Assembly: GCA_963693365.1 (NCBI GenBank)
Contig: CAVNZM010000010.1
Location: 1,922,001 to 1,986,000 of the forward strand
From: Amoebidium appalachense
Lineage: Eukaryota > Protista > Ichthyosporea
Direction: 5' to 3'
Length of the DNA: 64,000 bases
Made by a program: the position numbers and the translations under genes. Of the stretch, positions 44,120 to 58,362 are shown one piece after another. The notes under the pieces are model-generated. The model did not search any database. It worked only from the letters and a program-made list of their open reading frames with translations, and had not been told where the DNA came from. Positions within the stretch are counted from its first letter, which is position 1. The number at the start of each line of letters is the position of its first letter.

Positions 44120-45181
44120 GGGGGGAGGGTGGATGCATGCAGCCTTTGTTATTGATCATGCACATTCGGACATAATAGGAACATTTTCTACTTTTCCTTT
44201 GATGCTCTTTGGTGACATTCCACTAGCTTGATGGTGGTAGTGTCCCTCCGCATGCATACTGAGCCATACACGGTGACCTCCGAGTCGGATCAGGGGCCCC
44301 AAAGCGAGCTGTACATGTATGTATCAATTGGCAAACACGACAGTTTTATCAGCGAACTAATTACCATTACCATATATTTTGTCGCGTCAATCTTACTGAA
44401 AAAGAATAAAGGTAAAGAATGAAATCCAGCAGTCCGCCTACAGTATTTTATCGTACAGGGTGATACTCGAATGTATCAATAAGGTGTATCATGATCAATG
44501 CTTGAGGGGTCAAGGTAGGACTCTGAAAGGGGGGGAGGAAGGGTCCCTGTACACTGATCATTATAGCACTGGTGCTGGCTAATTATATATCAGATCAGCT
44601 TTGCCATGCGCAGTGTGACTCGTTCATTTATTTTGCCATCAGAACGATCAGTTCGCACCAGGCTCAAAAGCATCAAACAACAGTCAGAGCGACCACAAGA
44701 GAGCCAACTAATCAAGCCTGCAACTCGAAACATTTTAATCTAGACGGAAAACACACTCAAACCAGTCTCGCATCTTCGTGTTAGAGAATTATGTGCTACT
44801 AACGATTCATCACACTTTTTTACATCACCACCGCTTTCAAAACCAAAATGAGTTCATATATCTTTCGAGTACTTTAAAGCTATCAAGCCTGCACGGAGAG
44901 TGCTCCCTGCCTGTGCGAGTTTTAATAGGGACGCAGACTTCAAATTTGTATGCACCTGTCACGTACGGATGTGTTTGGTCTCACTCTTTGGTGTGTGTGT
45001 GTGTCTGTGCGTGTGTTTACGCATACGTCTGACCGAGGTGTCCCACAAACGAGCCCCCCCCCCCCCAAAAGCCAGAACTTCGGAAAATAAGTTCCGACCT
45101 TTCTGTCCTTCACAGGGGTTATAATTAAGTTCTTCTCCCACCCACTGTGCATTGCATACCTATACACCTACGCTTTCACAC

Positions 45182-45982
45182 TTACACGAAGCACGACACG
45201 ATACCCAACGGCATATACAGCACCCCAAACACCACCATGCCCAGTGCCCCATACAGCATCAACCTGCTCTTCCTTGTTGCCCTAGCATCAGTATCATCCT
45301 TGAACATCTTCCAATACAGCAGCCCAGGGATAATATAACACGTCAAAATACCATCACTGCATCCCAACACCGCAAAAACTATGCCTAAATCGGTGACCAC
45401 CATAGCCAGGCTGTATGTGAAGAAAATGTATGCCCAGCAACCTCCCCAGTGGAGGTACCACTGAAGACGGTGGCCTGGCCGGGTCATTTCCTCCTTGCCG
45501 TTCATCGTGAGCAGGGTGTTGGTTAGGTGCACGACCGCCTGGGTATGTTGTGTGGGACGTGGGAATGGGTTGGAGAGGGGCATGTGGGGGTTGAGGGAAA
45601 AGGGGGGGGGGGGGGGGGGGAGGGGGGGAAGGAGAAGGTTGGTGAGTAGACGTTTACGTACGGCAACTCAATAGCAGGAAAGTGCGCACACTTGCAACAC
45701 ACTTCGATACGCACACACGCGGGTGGCCATACCCGTAACCACATCCACACATACGCACACCCATACACTTACACAGAACAAAAATAATCTCAATTTGCCG
45801 TATTCACATTCACAATCCCCCATAGTTCACTGGGAATCATTTGACGAAACCAAACATGAGCATATGCCCGCCCAAAACATGAGCCCCCCCCCCCCCCCCC
45901 CCCCCCCCCCTCGGCCTCTCAACCTAACAATCTCACCTTCGATCATATTACTTGTCAAAATCCCATCAGAAATCCTGTACAG

Positions 45983-46014
<32 letters not shown>

Positions 46015-46113
46015 AGGACACATACACACCTCCCCACTTGTCCCCTTCCTCTTTAACCGCCCTTGTGGGCTTTCCGTGGTTCTTTTCTACATAAGATACT
46101 CCCCATCGGGGTC

Positions 46114-46148
<35 letters not shown>

Positions 46149-47250
46149 TTCTCCATCATCGTCCACCCACACTTCTTCACCCACCAAATCCCAACCACTA
46201 CCCCCCCCTCCCCCAATTTCCCCTCCACAAACACAAACACACACACACACACACACACACCCACCCACCCACCCACACACACACACACACAAGTCCTTAC
46301 CTGTCGTGCTGGATGCATGACTAGTGGATACGCCACAGCCACCACAAAACAAATCACAGACCGCCCAATTGCTGCCGGAACAGTGAGCGGCCAATCAGAA
46401 AGGATGTTTGACGACACAGAGCTGCCGTATGTGAGGTACCCGCACAGACCAAAGAGGGAGTAGACGATAGATACCAGCACCATCCACACGGATATGATGC
46501 GGTTCATGAACCCAACACTGGGTCGGCGCACCTCGTTGTAGACGTTGAAGATGATGGGGTGGCAGGCAAACGCAAACTGCGAGGGTGAAAGGGGCAGGTG
46601 TGTGTTTGTGTGGGTGTGTGTGTGTATGTGTGTGTGTGTGTGTGTGTGTGCTTTCGGGGGGAGGGGGAGGGGGGGGGGGAGGTAGGAGAGTGAGACAGAC
46701 CGAGAGCGAGAGAGAGCCGAAGAGAGAGAGAAAGAGAGAGTGGAAGAGACAGAGCGGGGGAATGGGGAATGGGGAAGAAGGAGGGACGGGTCAGGTCGGG
46801 GATGGGGATGGGGACGGGGATGGGGGCGAGGGAGGGGGTGAGAGGGGAGGTTTAAGGGTTCGCAGGGTTCTTTCTAATTTACAGACGGACACATGCACGT
46901 GCAGGCACACCTCCCACTCACCACAGAAATCGACAGTGCCTTGATATGCGGTAGCCCGACACTTTCGATTGCCGTAACGTTGCCCTTGCATTCCCCTGCC
47001 GCGTCCAAAACCCTCCCCTCGCACGGATCTAACCCCGGGAGATTCCCTGGTTGAACCACAAACAAGACAGAGAGGAAAACAATGTACATGATGCTGGCAA
47101 CAGCGGTAGAAGACGTGAAACGGAGCCCGTTTATGTTGTTGAGTAGGCAGAGGGGGGCTCCAACACCAAAGCAGGTGACGGTGATCCAGAAACGACGGGA
47201 CATGTAGATGGATCCATTGTCCATACCCACGATGGTCTGTGGTCAGGAGT

Positions 47251-47321
<71 letters not shown>

Positions 47322-48030
47322 CGTGTGTGTGTGTGTTCGTGTGTGTGTGTACGTGTGTGTGTGTGTGTACGTGTGTGTGTGTGAATTTCAGTGTATTGCG
47401 AGCTGCAAGTGTTTGAAGTGGGACACGAAAAAGGCTCGTCGGTTTATGAGCTAGAGAACGTGGTTGGTGCTACAGAAAGACGAAAGAAAGGAAGGAGCAA
47501 ATATAGTGTGGTGTGGTGAGCAGTGAGTGAGTGAGTGAGTGAGTGAGTGAGTGAGTGAGTGAGTGAGTGAGTGAGTGAGTGAGTGTGTGTGTGTGTGTGA
47601 GTGTGTGTGTGTGTGTGTGTGTGCGTGTGTTTGTGTGTGCGTGAGCGTGCACGCGCGTTTGCATGTGTGTATGTAGGGACTTGCAAAAGAAAGGAAAGGA
47701 GTGGGGTGAGTGAGAGGAGAAGTTTTACTGCAAGTGTGAGATGTACTATACAACCGTAGGCAAGACCTAGGGACTAATTAACTTGCAAACTACCAGCCAC
47801 TGCCCCCCATAAGGAAAATGCCCAGAAATTAATACGTTCTGAATGGAATTCAGGCTCACCTGACAGATGCCGGGGACCAGATCACCCACGACAATCAGAT
47901 ACGGTACCGCCCCTGTAAAACGAACATGGTCAGAGGGGATAATACTGTAACCCAAAGTAAAAAAAAAACAAATTAAAATTAAAAAAAAAAACACAAAAAA
48001 AACACACACACACACACACTATCCCTATCC

Positions 48031-48061
<31 letters not shown>

Positions 48062-48921
48062 CCCCCCCTTCCCCCCTCTCGCTTCTCCCCTCCTCCATCC
48101 CGAGATTTCTTTATGAAAGGATGTTTACAACCTGTTCGGATCGTGCGGGTTATGACAGCCTCGATTTGTATTGAACTTTGGTATAAAATGCTCCAGGCTG
48201 TGAGTATTGGCAATCATTATCGATATCATACATGTATTTCCAGGACAACAATTTGAAAGACCGTCAGAACAGCTTAATAATAAATCAGTGTATTTGTTGC
48301 TGGCGAGGGTCTGAGTAGATCATGAGTGATCGACACATGACGGTGTGCGCACAATGCAGGGCCCGTGGACACAATGTGTGCATACACCTGGTTTGTTTTG
48401 GATGTCTATTCATGCAGCCTGATTGTCTGTATCATGATGTGATGCTGTATGCGTCACAGTGTTAAAATCGTTAGGGGCCTCACTGTACACCCTTAATTGA
48501 GGGCACGTCTAGATCTGAGCCATTGTTTTTGTGATAATCGATGATTGATATCGAAGTTAGCAATTCTATTTAACTTAACCATTAGGGCGGCGTACCCCCC
48601 CTCCCCCCCCCCCCCCCCTTCCTCCCTCTCCCCCCCAGAAGGAATACAAATCGAGTCGAATGATCCGAAGGTGCAGCAACACGGCTTACATGATGTTGTG
48701 GACTCTGGAAAATTGTTGAAGCAGAAAGGTGTATTCCAGACAACTGCCCGCTAGCGGAAAAAAATCACTCCCATTTTCACAAGTGTGCAAATGCATGTAT
48801 GCATCGGTGCCCTGTGTCGCGCATGTCATTGCAAGGAAGGGGTGATTATCGGGTAGTAATTACGGGGAAGAAGCAAGAAAAAACACCAGAAAGTTCTTTT
48901 TTTTGTTTTTTTTTGTTTGTT

Positions 48922-48952
<31 letters not shown>

Positions 48953-49761
48953 GAGGGGGGAGTGAATCTGAAATCAGTCCACATACCGACAAAGCAGTTC
49001 AGCGACACAGCGAGGTCGCACAAAATGGAGAATGCAGGCAGTACCGTCATGGCCACCCGCCCAAACGACGTGTCCGTGCCCCCGACCTTGTGTGCGCACT
49101 TTGACAGATAGTGTAGCCCCAACATGGCACCCAGCCCACCCAATGCCAACAGCCCACTGCCCATAGCCCATCCTGTAGCCGCAAAGGCAGCGGGTAGTGA
49201 AAGGATACCGGGCCCAATTGTGGTAGAGACCAGATTCGCAACACTGCTCATAAGCCCCGCCTGCCTTATAGAGACATCAGACTCTGACGCTGCATGCACA
49301 CTATCTACGTCGTCAAAGTGTTTGTTGGAAATGCGCACCGAAACGCGACTTGGCCTCCTGCCGCAGTTTGCGGGTAGGGATTTTTCAAACCCGGATGCGG
49401 AATCATGTGTTATGCTCCCCCTCCGCTGGCTGGTAACAAGTGATGACGGGTCGTTCAAGCCAAACGAATTGGAACCTGTGTTTGATGAGCAATCAATGAC
49501 AAATGCCTCCGGTCCCATAGGAAATAGGGTTGCTGCTCCATTGTTCACTAACGGTCCCATTGTTGCCTTTGCTGACTTTGAGGAATAGAGCGACTGGCTA
49601 TCGTATTCTGCGGCGCTTTGTTTGGATGCGGAGTTTGATTGTGTGCGCGTGTTTGTGTTGCATGGAATGTTGGAGTCTACGTTGTGGTTTTTGTGGGGCC
49701 GAGGGGCAGCAGAGCCAGATGGTTCGTGCCCGGTTTTGCATTCACTGCTGGAAAACGTCAT
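45182..49761 (-). CDS. Amino acid transporter, Aa_trans/AAAP family (vacuolar AVT5-7 / SLC38-like), 5 exons, ~591 aa
   Basis: Exons 49761-48987, 47912-47860, 47236-46922, 46576-46301 and 45538-45182 are in phase. Motifs: [82 protein letters not shown]. It has a long Ser-rich cytosolic N-terminus. Confidence 0.93.
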
Positions 49762-50399
49762 TTTGCCGCTTGTGGTGGAAACAATTCTTAGCAGCCGCGA
49801 GAATTTCGGAGTGGTTGTGCAGCTGGTTCTTTGTTGTGTTGTACCCTCTATACCTAAGCTGTTACCAGTATTAACAAGAACAGAACACAGCTGGGGTATG
49901 TTGTTGTTTAAAGAAAAATGAGTGCTAGCTTGAGTACGGGCTTACCAAACAGTCCATGGACATGCATTTATGTGTACGGTTTTTCGTTGGCTACGTCTGT
50001 GCATGGCAGTGGGTCATGCACCATTTGGTCCAAATCTTGCTCCAAAAACCGAATATGTATGTATGGGGAAGTCGACGGAAAGCAAACGCCTTCAATGTGA
50101 ATTACGTAATACGCAAACCGCTTTGTCTTACATCATGCCTTGGAGTCTGCACACGTGTGCTGGATGTCAAAACGTGAGGGAGAAGTACATGCACATGTAC
50201 CAGTCCCGGCGTGCTCGAACTTCAACCGTGGTTTCTCGTCAGACCCTATGCATTTCGCTGGGCTTGACGGCTCCCTCAGTCAGAAATCGTGTATCCGTTC
50301 CTGTGGATGTTTATGATGAACTATTGCAATGATACCAACGAATTTTCGTTTCCTCTTTTTCCTCTTTATTTTTTGCCTTGCAGACCGGGCAGTTCAAGA

Positions 50400-50550
50400 T
50401 GGCCATATGATGGGCCGCGCATGTTGGCCCATTGGACGCCCTGAGTTCCTGACATCATCCCAGCCCAAAAAAGCAAGTGCAGAGCGAAGTCCTGATAGGC
50501 CAAATCATTTGATTGGTTTGCAGAGCATCATCTGCGATGGATGTTGACGT
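50400..50550. promoter_or_regulatory. Possible divergent promoter with CCAAT/ATTGG and TGAC(A/G)T motifs
   Basis: attgg at ~50431 and ~50512, tgacatca and tgacgt, in repeat-free DNA between the divergently oriented transporter and + strand gene. Motif evidence only. Confidence 0.3.
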
Positions 50551-51403
50551 AGTGACAAAAAAAAAGATAATAAATATTTTTTTAAAATGCATTTTTTATT
50601 ACAACTTATGAACGGTAGGGGGGGGGGGGGGGGGGGGAAACAGCCGAACATGATTTGACCGCCGTTGAGTCGACGTCGTGCAAGCCTTGCAAGGACTCGG
50701 AGTGCTGGTTCAGGAATGTGAAAGGAGTTTAGGTCCTCACTGACTCCTCAGTGCTGCCGGAAGATCGGGCCAGATGATCGGGCCATTGCCGTCATGCCAC
50801 CGGGACCTGGTCCTCATGCAGGGCTGAACTTCTAAAGTGATGTTTTTTATCGCCATCACTTTTCCTTTTTCCTCTGCTAGGTCTAATAGGTATCCCTTTA
50901 CTGGAGGTCATATCGTTTCCTGTTGTCTTATACGCGCTGGCTGAGACGTTGCGTTTCTGAGATTCGAGCCGTTTGTAAGCCTTACTGACCTGGTGGGCCA
51001 CTAAGTTAAGTGACGTCATGCCAGAACTTTGATTGGCGCAGACGTCACCACAGTCCGCCACAGTTTTATCCGGTTTTAGTAAGTTTGTTCAACTAGTTCT
51101 TGTTTTACTTCAAGTACCACCACCTCGCTAGCTCACCTCGCTCTCACTCAATCTATTCCTTATCTCCCGTCTCGGCTCAGGTTGGTTCTTGGGGCGTTGG
51201 TAGTATAGGCTAAAGCAGACCTGCACCAAAAAAAGAAAAAAAACGAAAACCAACGAAACTCGAAGCTCGAAATCAAGTGCCTAGGCAAAGGCCTTCGTTT
51301 CCGTCGTTGGAGTTTTCAAGAGTCAATAGTGACAGTGGTTTGGCAAAGTCCATGTTTGCAACATCCCCTCCCCCTCCTCCCTGCCCCCCCCCCCCCGCCC
51401 CCT

Positions 51404-51476
<73 letters not shown>

Positions 51477-52028
51477 ACACACACACCCGCACACACCCCC
51501 TCCCCCTCTCTTCCTGGAGCTGTCCAACTGCGCTCCTCAAGCTGAAAATGCTGGCGGTCATGAAATATCACTAATTTCTGCCTCCTCCTAAATCCTCCCC
51601 CCCCCCCCCCCCCCCCAGCCCCCTTCCCCTGCCCCCAAATCACCACAAATAAGGTTCCATCAGTCCCTACACCCTTACACAACGGCCTTGGTGTGTCTCT
51701 TCTCCCGACCCTATTGTCCACAACTGGTCACGAAACACAATTCTAACGACGCATGTTTCACTTCATTTCATCCTCCCTTCCATGGCATACGTTTTCACCA
51801 GTTGCTGTGCTACCTTTACTACCTCTCCCCTCTCCTCCCTCCTCCCCTCCCTCCCCCCTTTCCCTCCGCTTTCCCTTACCTCTCCTCCTGCCCCCCCTTT
51901 CTTCCCTCCCGCGCCCCTCCGCCCTTGCCTTGTTCTCATCTAATACGGCTCGGATTCTTTCTGTTTTTTATTTCACTTCTTCCTTCACCTGCCACCTGCT
52001 ACTCGTTTTGAGCCACGTACATCTGACA

Positions 52029-52868
52029 GGCAGGGTTAACAGGTTCCCGCTCCCGTAACAACTGCTTCACCGTGTCAGCAATTGAAAATGGCAAAGCCAA
52101 ACAACAGGTATATCCCTGTCTACGAACCTTAGCCTTCCTCCCGCCGCCTCTCCCTCCCTCCCTGAAACCATTGAATGACCCCAAATGTGTTCCTTGGTGC
52201 TGTGCACGCAATGTGCATATCGACCTAAACCAAATGTATTTATTCGTGAGCTCATCCTTAGTGAGAATCAACTACACACCCGCTTTGTGCCCACCTTCTT
52301 GCTTTAAAGTTTTTTTGAACATTCTTTTGTCCGGTTTCATTTCCTTTATACCCGCAAGACATGCGAAAAGAGCATCGGATAGCAATTTCCTTCCCAAGCT
52401 TCTCTCGGCCACCTGTGGTGAACTATCCCCCCCCCCCCCCCCCCCCCCCCCCCCTTCTCTCCCCCCTCTACCCTCCATCCCCGGTTCCCCGGATATACCT
52501 GTAAGCCCTTTGGACCACAACACACAAACCCGGCAGCCCAGCCCCATCCAAGTTGAGCAACAAAATGTTCGTTATGCAGTGTGCCTCTCTGTCGTGCATA
52601 TCCCCAAGCGTGCACACACGCACTGATAAAAACATTCCCCCCACCCCCCACCCCCCCCCCCCCCCCCCGGACTGATGACTTGTCCCCCTTCCCCCCCTCC
52701 CCCCTCCCCCCTCCCCTCTCCGAGCCCTCCCCCCCCCCCCCTCCTCCCCTCCCTTCCGCCTCCCCCCCCCCCCCCTTTCCCCGAAGTATGTTAAGATGTA
52801 AGACAGATTGGGTATCATTTTGTGTGCCAATTGCTGCGACATGATAGTACCCCCCCCCCCCCCCCCCC

Positions 52869-52900
<32 letters not shown>

Positions 52901-53214
52901 TTTGGCTACCTCCCTTAGGTCTCCCCCTCCCTCTTCCCGCTCAGCCCCCGCCACCCCCACCCCCCTCCCCACCCCCCTCTGCTTTACCCTGATCCCAACA
53001 CCATGCACCTTACAACCTTACAGGCAAAACCCACAAATAAAGGCAAGAACACACACATGTGCTCACACATACACGTTTCTTTTACCCCCGACTCCCTCCC
53101 CCCCCTTCCCCCCTCCCTCCCCCGGCTCCTCCTTCACCCCCCCCCCCCCCCCCCCCCCCCCCCACCTGCGCCCTCGCCCGCCCACCCCACACACTCGCCC
53201 CCATACCCCACTAG

Positions 53215-53273
<59 letters not shown>

Positions 53274-53987
53274 ACCCCCCACCCCACCCACCATTTACTT
53301 ACATACAGACCATCTGCTGCCAAACAAAGCGAAAGTTCCGCCTCCACAAAGGCCGTATCCTCCAAATCTGTACCATCCAAGAAGGGAAAGAACGTGTGGG
53401 GGCGGTTAAAGGAGACCCCATTGGTCGGGAAAACACTTCCGGCGCTGCCTCTGATTGCGGCTGTGGTTGTGGTGACGGTGTTGTATCCGCTGATGAACAA
53501 GCTGCTATTGTGGGCTTATAGCAACGTCTTTCTGGTAGGTGTGACAGGTTGCTGCGGATATGTGCGAGGTCGTGTTGGCGTGCGTGTGCGTGCGCACACA
53601 CTATGTAATGCATGCACACGCACATGCACACACATGCGCACAGTAATACAAGCACACACACATGCACACACCAATGCATGCACACACTAATACATATGCA
53701 TGCACACACTAATGCATGCGCACAAAATTGAACACACTAATGCATGCATACACACATGCACACACTAATGCATGCACACACACACGCACACACTAATGCA
53801 TGCACACACACACGCACACACTAATGCATGCACACGCACACACACACACAAGCACACACTAATTGCATGTACCCACACCTGCACATACGGTCATGAGCAC
53901 ATAAATGCACGTACTCACCTGAGAGAGAGAGGGGGGGGAGGGGGGAGAGAGAGAGCAATTGAGAAAGAGAGAAAGAGATACACACAA

Positions 53988-54054
<67 letters not shown>

Positions 54055-54185
54055 TACACACACTCACTCACACTAGCGCACATGCACACAACACGTTGTA
54101 ACTGACACGGGTGCGACATTAAAATATTGTTTATTTTGTGCTGCTCTGCAACTACATGCACGACGGACACCTCCCCATTCTCCCT

Positions 54186-54225
<40 letters not shown>

Positions 54226-55623
54226 TTCCCCCTCTCTCCCCCATGCACACGAACACACACACACTCACAACCATTTAGTTGCATCCTTCAGCATGACAGT
54301 ATCTGTTGTGATATTTCACATCATTCAGTGCCAAATGAGAATTTATCACGCTTTAGGGCTCCTCAAGAATCACATTCTTTGGTATGTGCTTTGCAAAATC
54401 TGATTGTGTTGTCCATCGTAAGTGCGTACCTTGTACTCTGTAACACAACCTAACCTCCCTTCCCCTCCAAACTGCCCCCTCTCCCCCCCTTCCCCCATGC
54501 AGAAAGATAATGACACCCCGCCTACGACGATCTTCCACGCGCTGAAAGGGGACGGCGGTTTCGTAAACTATTTCCTGATTTTCAGCACCTTCTACACCCT
54601 AAACAGTGTGGTGGTCTTTGCCACCTGCATGGTTTCATTCCTCGTGGGGTTCGACGCGGTATAGAACCCCCTCCCCCTCTCCTCGTTCCCCACTGTACCC
54701 TTTCCTTGCCCCCCCTCTCCTCCCCTCCCCCCCCCCCCCCCCCAACCCCACACCCTTCCACACATGTTCAAGTAAAGCAGTATCTGAATTGGGTTTTGTG
54801 GGCAAGGTGAATAAGTCGAAATTTTGGGTACTGTGGATGACTTGGGTCCCCCCTGGGGATGGGCTATGCTTCTTATGCATACTCCTAACTTGTGGTTGCA
54901 CTCTGCGTTGTGTTGTTCCTTATGAATGTGTAATGCATAACTCTGAAACAAATTCTTACGCCCCTCCCCCTCCCCTCCCTGCGCCTTTTCAGAGGGAGCA
55001 GTCTTGGATGGTTTCTTTTCCTTTGCATCGTGTTTAGGCCGATTAGAATTGTTGCACACAACTACACGCAAGATGCATCCCACCCCCTCCTAGGCTCTTC
55101 CATGTTTAAACCCCTGTGTGTGTTGTGCTTCTTTTGCCTAGTGTTTGTGTCGCTGTGTTCACGTTCAATATCCCCCCCCCCCCCCCCCCCCCCCCCCCCA
55201 CCCCACCCCCCCTTCCCCTCCTCTCCCCCCCGATGGGCTCTGCTTATTATGCATACTCTTTATGTATGGTTTGCTTTCTGCATCGTGTTATCCGTTGTTC
55301 ATGTGTACTTCGTACTTTATGACCCATTCAACCCCCTCCCCCCCCCCCCCCCCTCCCCCACCCACGCACCCAGCCCATCCCCCTCCCTCCCCAAGTTATC
55401 CTGCTCGTCTCTGAGCAAGGTAGATGACCCACCCTAGTTAAACAGTATTTGGTTTTTGTTTTGTTTACGAGGTGAATGGATGGAAACTCGGGATGCTTTG
55501 CCCCTCCCCTGAGGATGGGCTATGTTTATTATACATACTCTTTATGTGTGGTTTGTACTCTGGATTGTGCTGTCCTTTGTGATTGTGTACTTAGTGCTCT
55601 ATAACACATTCTATCCCTTCCCC

Positions 55624-55664
<41 letters not shown>

Positions 55665-56235
55665 AAAAAAAAAAAGGATATGCCGGTGGGGCGGGCCGAG
55701 GGTCCAACGGTCAAGCAAATGCGTGATCACGAACCAATCGGCATGCCGAATTGATCACTCATTAGAAAAGCTCTGATAAGATCCGCGAAATGACGTAATT
55801 GCCGGTTTTGTTTATTTTCGGTGCAAGGCCTTGCATGTAAAAACGCTCGCAACGAGCAACAAACATGTTGATAATTGGTTTATTATATAGAGCTAGTGCT
55901 CTATACAAAGCAAAGGACTATTACTAATGTCGTCGTGTTATCTTCTCTATTGATTAGTGAATTTACGTAGTCAAGCAGGAACATGAGAGGTCGAATAAGG
56001 AAACGGTTTGTATAGAGCACGAGAGGATATAAAAAAATGAGTTTTGAGCCCACATGTTGGGGGGGTCCATCCCGACCCTTGCCCAGCTTTTTGCACGGAA
56101 AATACACAAAATCGGCAATCACCTAAGTTTACAAAATGTCCCCCATTGGTTATCTGGCTCACGGATCTAGGGAAGCTTTCTTATCAGTGATCACTTGGCG
56201 CACAGATTGGATCGTGATCACGTACACACTTAGCC

Positions 56236-56270
<35 letters not shown>

Positions 56271-56860
56271 CCCGCCGCACCGGTATATCCCCCTGGGGGT
56301 TTACACACTTTTTATTGCGGGGGCCCAGCCACACTCGACGGCCTACTGTGTTTTCCAGCGCAGCCAATCAAATGCAGCTAGTGACATATGTACATGCTAG
56401 GCAACAATTAGCGCCATCGTACTGTAGTATACGACACCCCTATTACATATCATGGGTAAGCAGAGGCTAGCATCGGTAGCTCCGAAAGAAAGTTGAGGCA
56501 CCGTATCACAATATCATACTGTGCAGCATTAATAAGGTGATCTAGGACAGTCATTTTAAAACGGATATATTGAGGAAGAGAGGGAGAAAAGAGAATAAAA
56601 CCGCCAATAACCTCCGGTTCTATTTCGTTTCAAGGGAAGAAAGGGACGTACAAAAGATGATCACTTAATATTGCAACCTAACCCCCCTGCATAGTCTTTT
56701 TGCGTCCTCGCCTCATACAATATTTGCCTTTTTTTTTCCATCGCAGATGTTTGCTGGGTAATCTCACTCTGTATTGTACACATATCCTAACACCTTGATC
56801 CCCCCCCCCCCCCCCCCCCCCCCCACCCCACCCTTCACTCCCACCCCCATCCCTCCTTCA

Positions 56861-56901
<41 letters not shown>

Positions 56902-57560
56902 ACCCCACCCCATCTTCCCACAACAGGAGACAGTGCTAGCGTTTTCCTCAGCCACCCTCGACTACACCCGCATGGACAATGAACTCGGTCTGTTGGAGAG
57001 GTCACTCGTCGGCATGCGCTCCTTCCTCCGTCTCCGCCTCTTTGTTGCTTGTACGTGAACACGCATTCCGCACCACAAATTTCCCTCCCTTGCGGTTTCT
57101 GGTTCAGGTAGCTTTGTGGCATTTTGTGTTTCTCTTCTTGTTTCTCCTCTTCCACAAATCCGAATCTTAAATGCATATCTTCCCCCCCCCCCCCCCCCCC
57201 CCCCCTCTTTCAGTGTGTGTCATTTGCGCTGCCTGCCAACAATGTGTTCATGGCCTCTCATTTTCTGCTGCAACTTGATAATCAATGACATTTGTTCTTG
57301 CTGTTGCGTTCTTATATAAAAAAAAATTGATCGAGGTTATTGGGTCCTGAGCTCCCGTGATGCAGGAACGAAGCAGTTAGGATAATAAAGCGAGCCTCTT
57401 GGAGTGGTTGAAAAAAGGGATATAACGTGAAAGAGATTGGGGACGTGCCTGAATTGGGGCTCTTCTATATTCTGACTTTGTGTGGATTTTTTGTGTCTTC
57501 GTGGTTTTTTTTTTTGACGTTTGGTGTGCGCTGCACCCTAACACTCTTCCCCCCCTCTAG

Positions 57561-57605
<45 letters not shown>

Positions 57606-57887
57606 CACACACACACACGCCCAACCTCAACCCCACACCACTCCCTTCTCCACACACACAGAGCACACTCAAGCACATACACACACTTGCACACTCCCTT
57701 CTCCACACACACAGAGCACACTCAAGCACATACACACACTTGCACACTCCCTTCTCCACACACACAGAGCACACTCAAGCACATACACACACTTGCACAC
57801 ACATGAGTGCCCCAACACCACCTATAAGTACATACATATAAGCGTATGTGTTCGTGCAAGCACATACACCTGTACGTGCACACTCGT

Positions 57888-57966
<79 letters not shown>

Positions 57967-58016
57967 ACACACCTGCAGTCGGGTTCACGTACTTCGTCTA
58001 CAGCGGTAACTTCTAA
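52029..58016 (+). CDS. Unidentified multi-exon membrane protein (partial model)
   Basis: AG/GT-bounded coding-like exons: 53309-53534 (...LPLIAAVVVVTVLYPLMNKLLLWAYSNVFL), 54503-54658 (KDNDTPPTTIFHALKGDGGFVNYFLIFSTFYTLNSVVVFATCMVSFLVGFDA), 56927-57050 (ETVLAFSSATLDYTRMDNELGLLERSLVGMRSFLRLRLFVA) and 57979 onward (FGFTYFVYS, in phase with the preceding exon). Weaker candidates: 52029-52107 and 56747-56757. Introns are C/CA-rich on the + strand. Family not recognised. Confidence 0.55.
53660..53865. repeat. Array of cacacactaatgcatg units
   Basis: About 7 copies containing ACTAAT within an intron of the + strand gene. Confidence 0.8.
54790..55570 (-). repeat. Three diverged partial copies of the dispersed repeat seen at 25.4-25.8 kb
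   Basis: gatgggct(a/c)tg(c/t)tt..at(g/a)catact occurs near 54858, 55232 and 55514. ggatgacttgggtcc is the reverse complement of ggacccaagtcatc at ~25721. Confidence 0.75.
56295..56622 (-). mobile_element. Inverted second copy of the 19995-20290 LINE-derived repeat
   Basis: Shared blocks include ttttccagcgcagccaatcaaa.gcagctagtgac, gcagcattaataaggtgatcta and ataacctccggttcta. The terminus is gggggtttacacac. Confidence 0.8.
57638..57800. repeat. ~52-bp tandem repeat, 3 copies
   Basis: cactcccttctccacacacacagagcacactcaagcacatacacacacttgca repeated three times. Confidence 0.9.
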
Positions 58017-58331
58017 CCTCCAAGGGCCCAACACCATGAAACGAGCTCTCCTTGTGTTCAAGTTGCGGAAGGGGTGGGCCGCAAAAACCTTGAACTTTTT
58101 CCGTGTTTGTTCTTAAATAATGCGGATTCTATTTAGACCCCTGGTTTGAAAAGAATCATATCACAGCATTTGTACGTGTCATACAGGCCTTTTCTTTTAA
58201 TCTCTTTGAAGAAAAGTAGAACTGCCAACACAAACCACAGCCCGCAGCAACAACACAATAAGCTGGAACCATGTACACAGAAACACTCACTCGCACTTTA
58301 TCTGTTGCCTTTTTATTTTCTTTCTTTTTTT

Positions 58332-58362
<31 letters not shown>

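Noticed and set aside
50792-51061. 89-aa minus-strand ORF
   Set aside because: It has a non-ATG start, no motif, and lies in probable promoter or 5' region DNA.
55901-56122. Minus-strand hydrophobic ORF
   Set aside because: It has a non-ATG start, is isolated, lies antisense within the + gene and has no partner exons.
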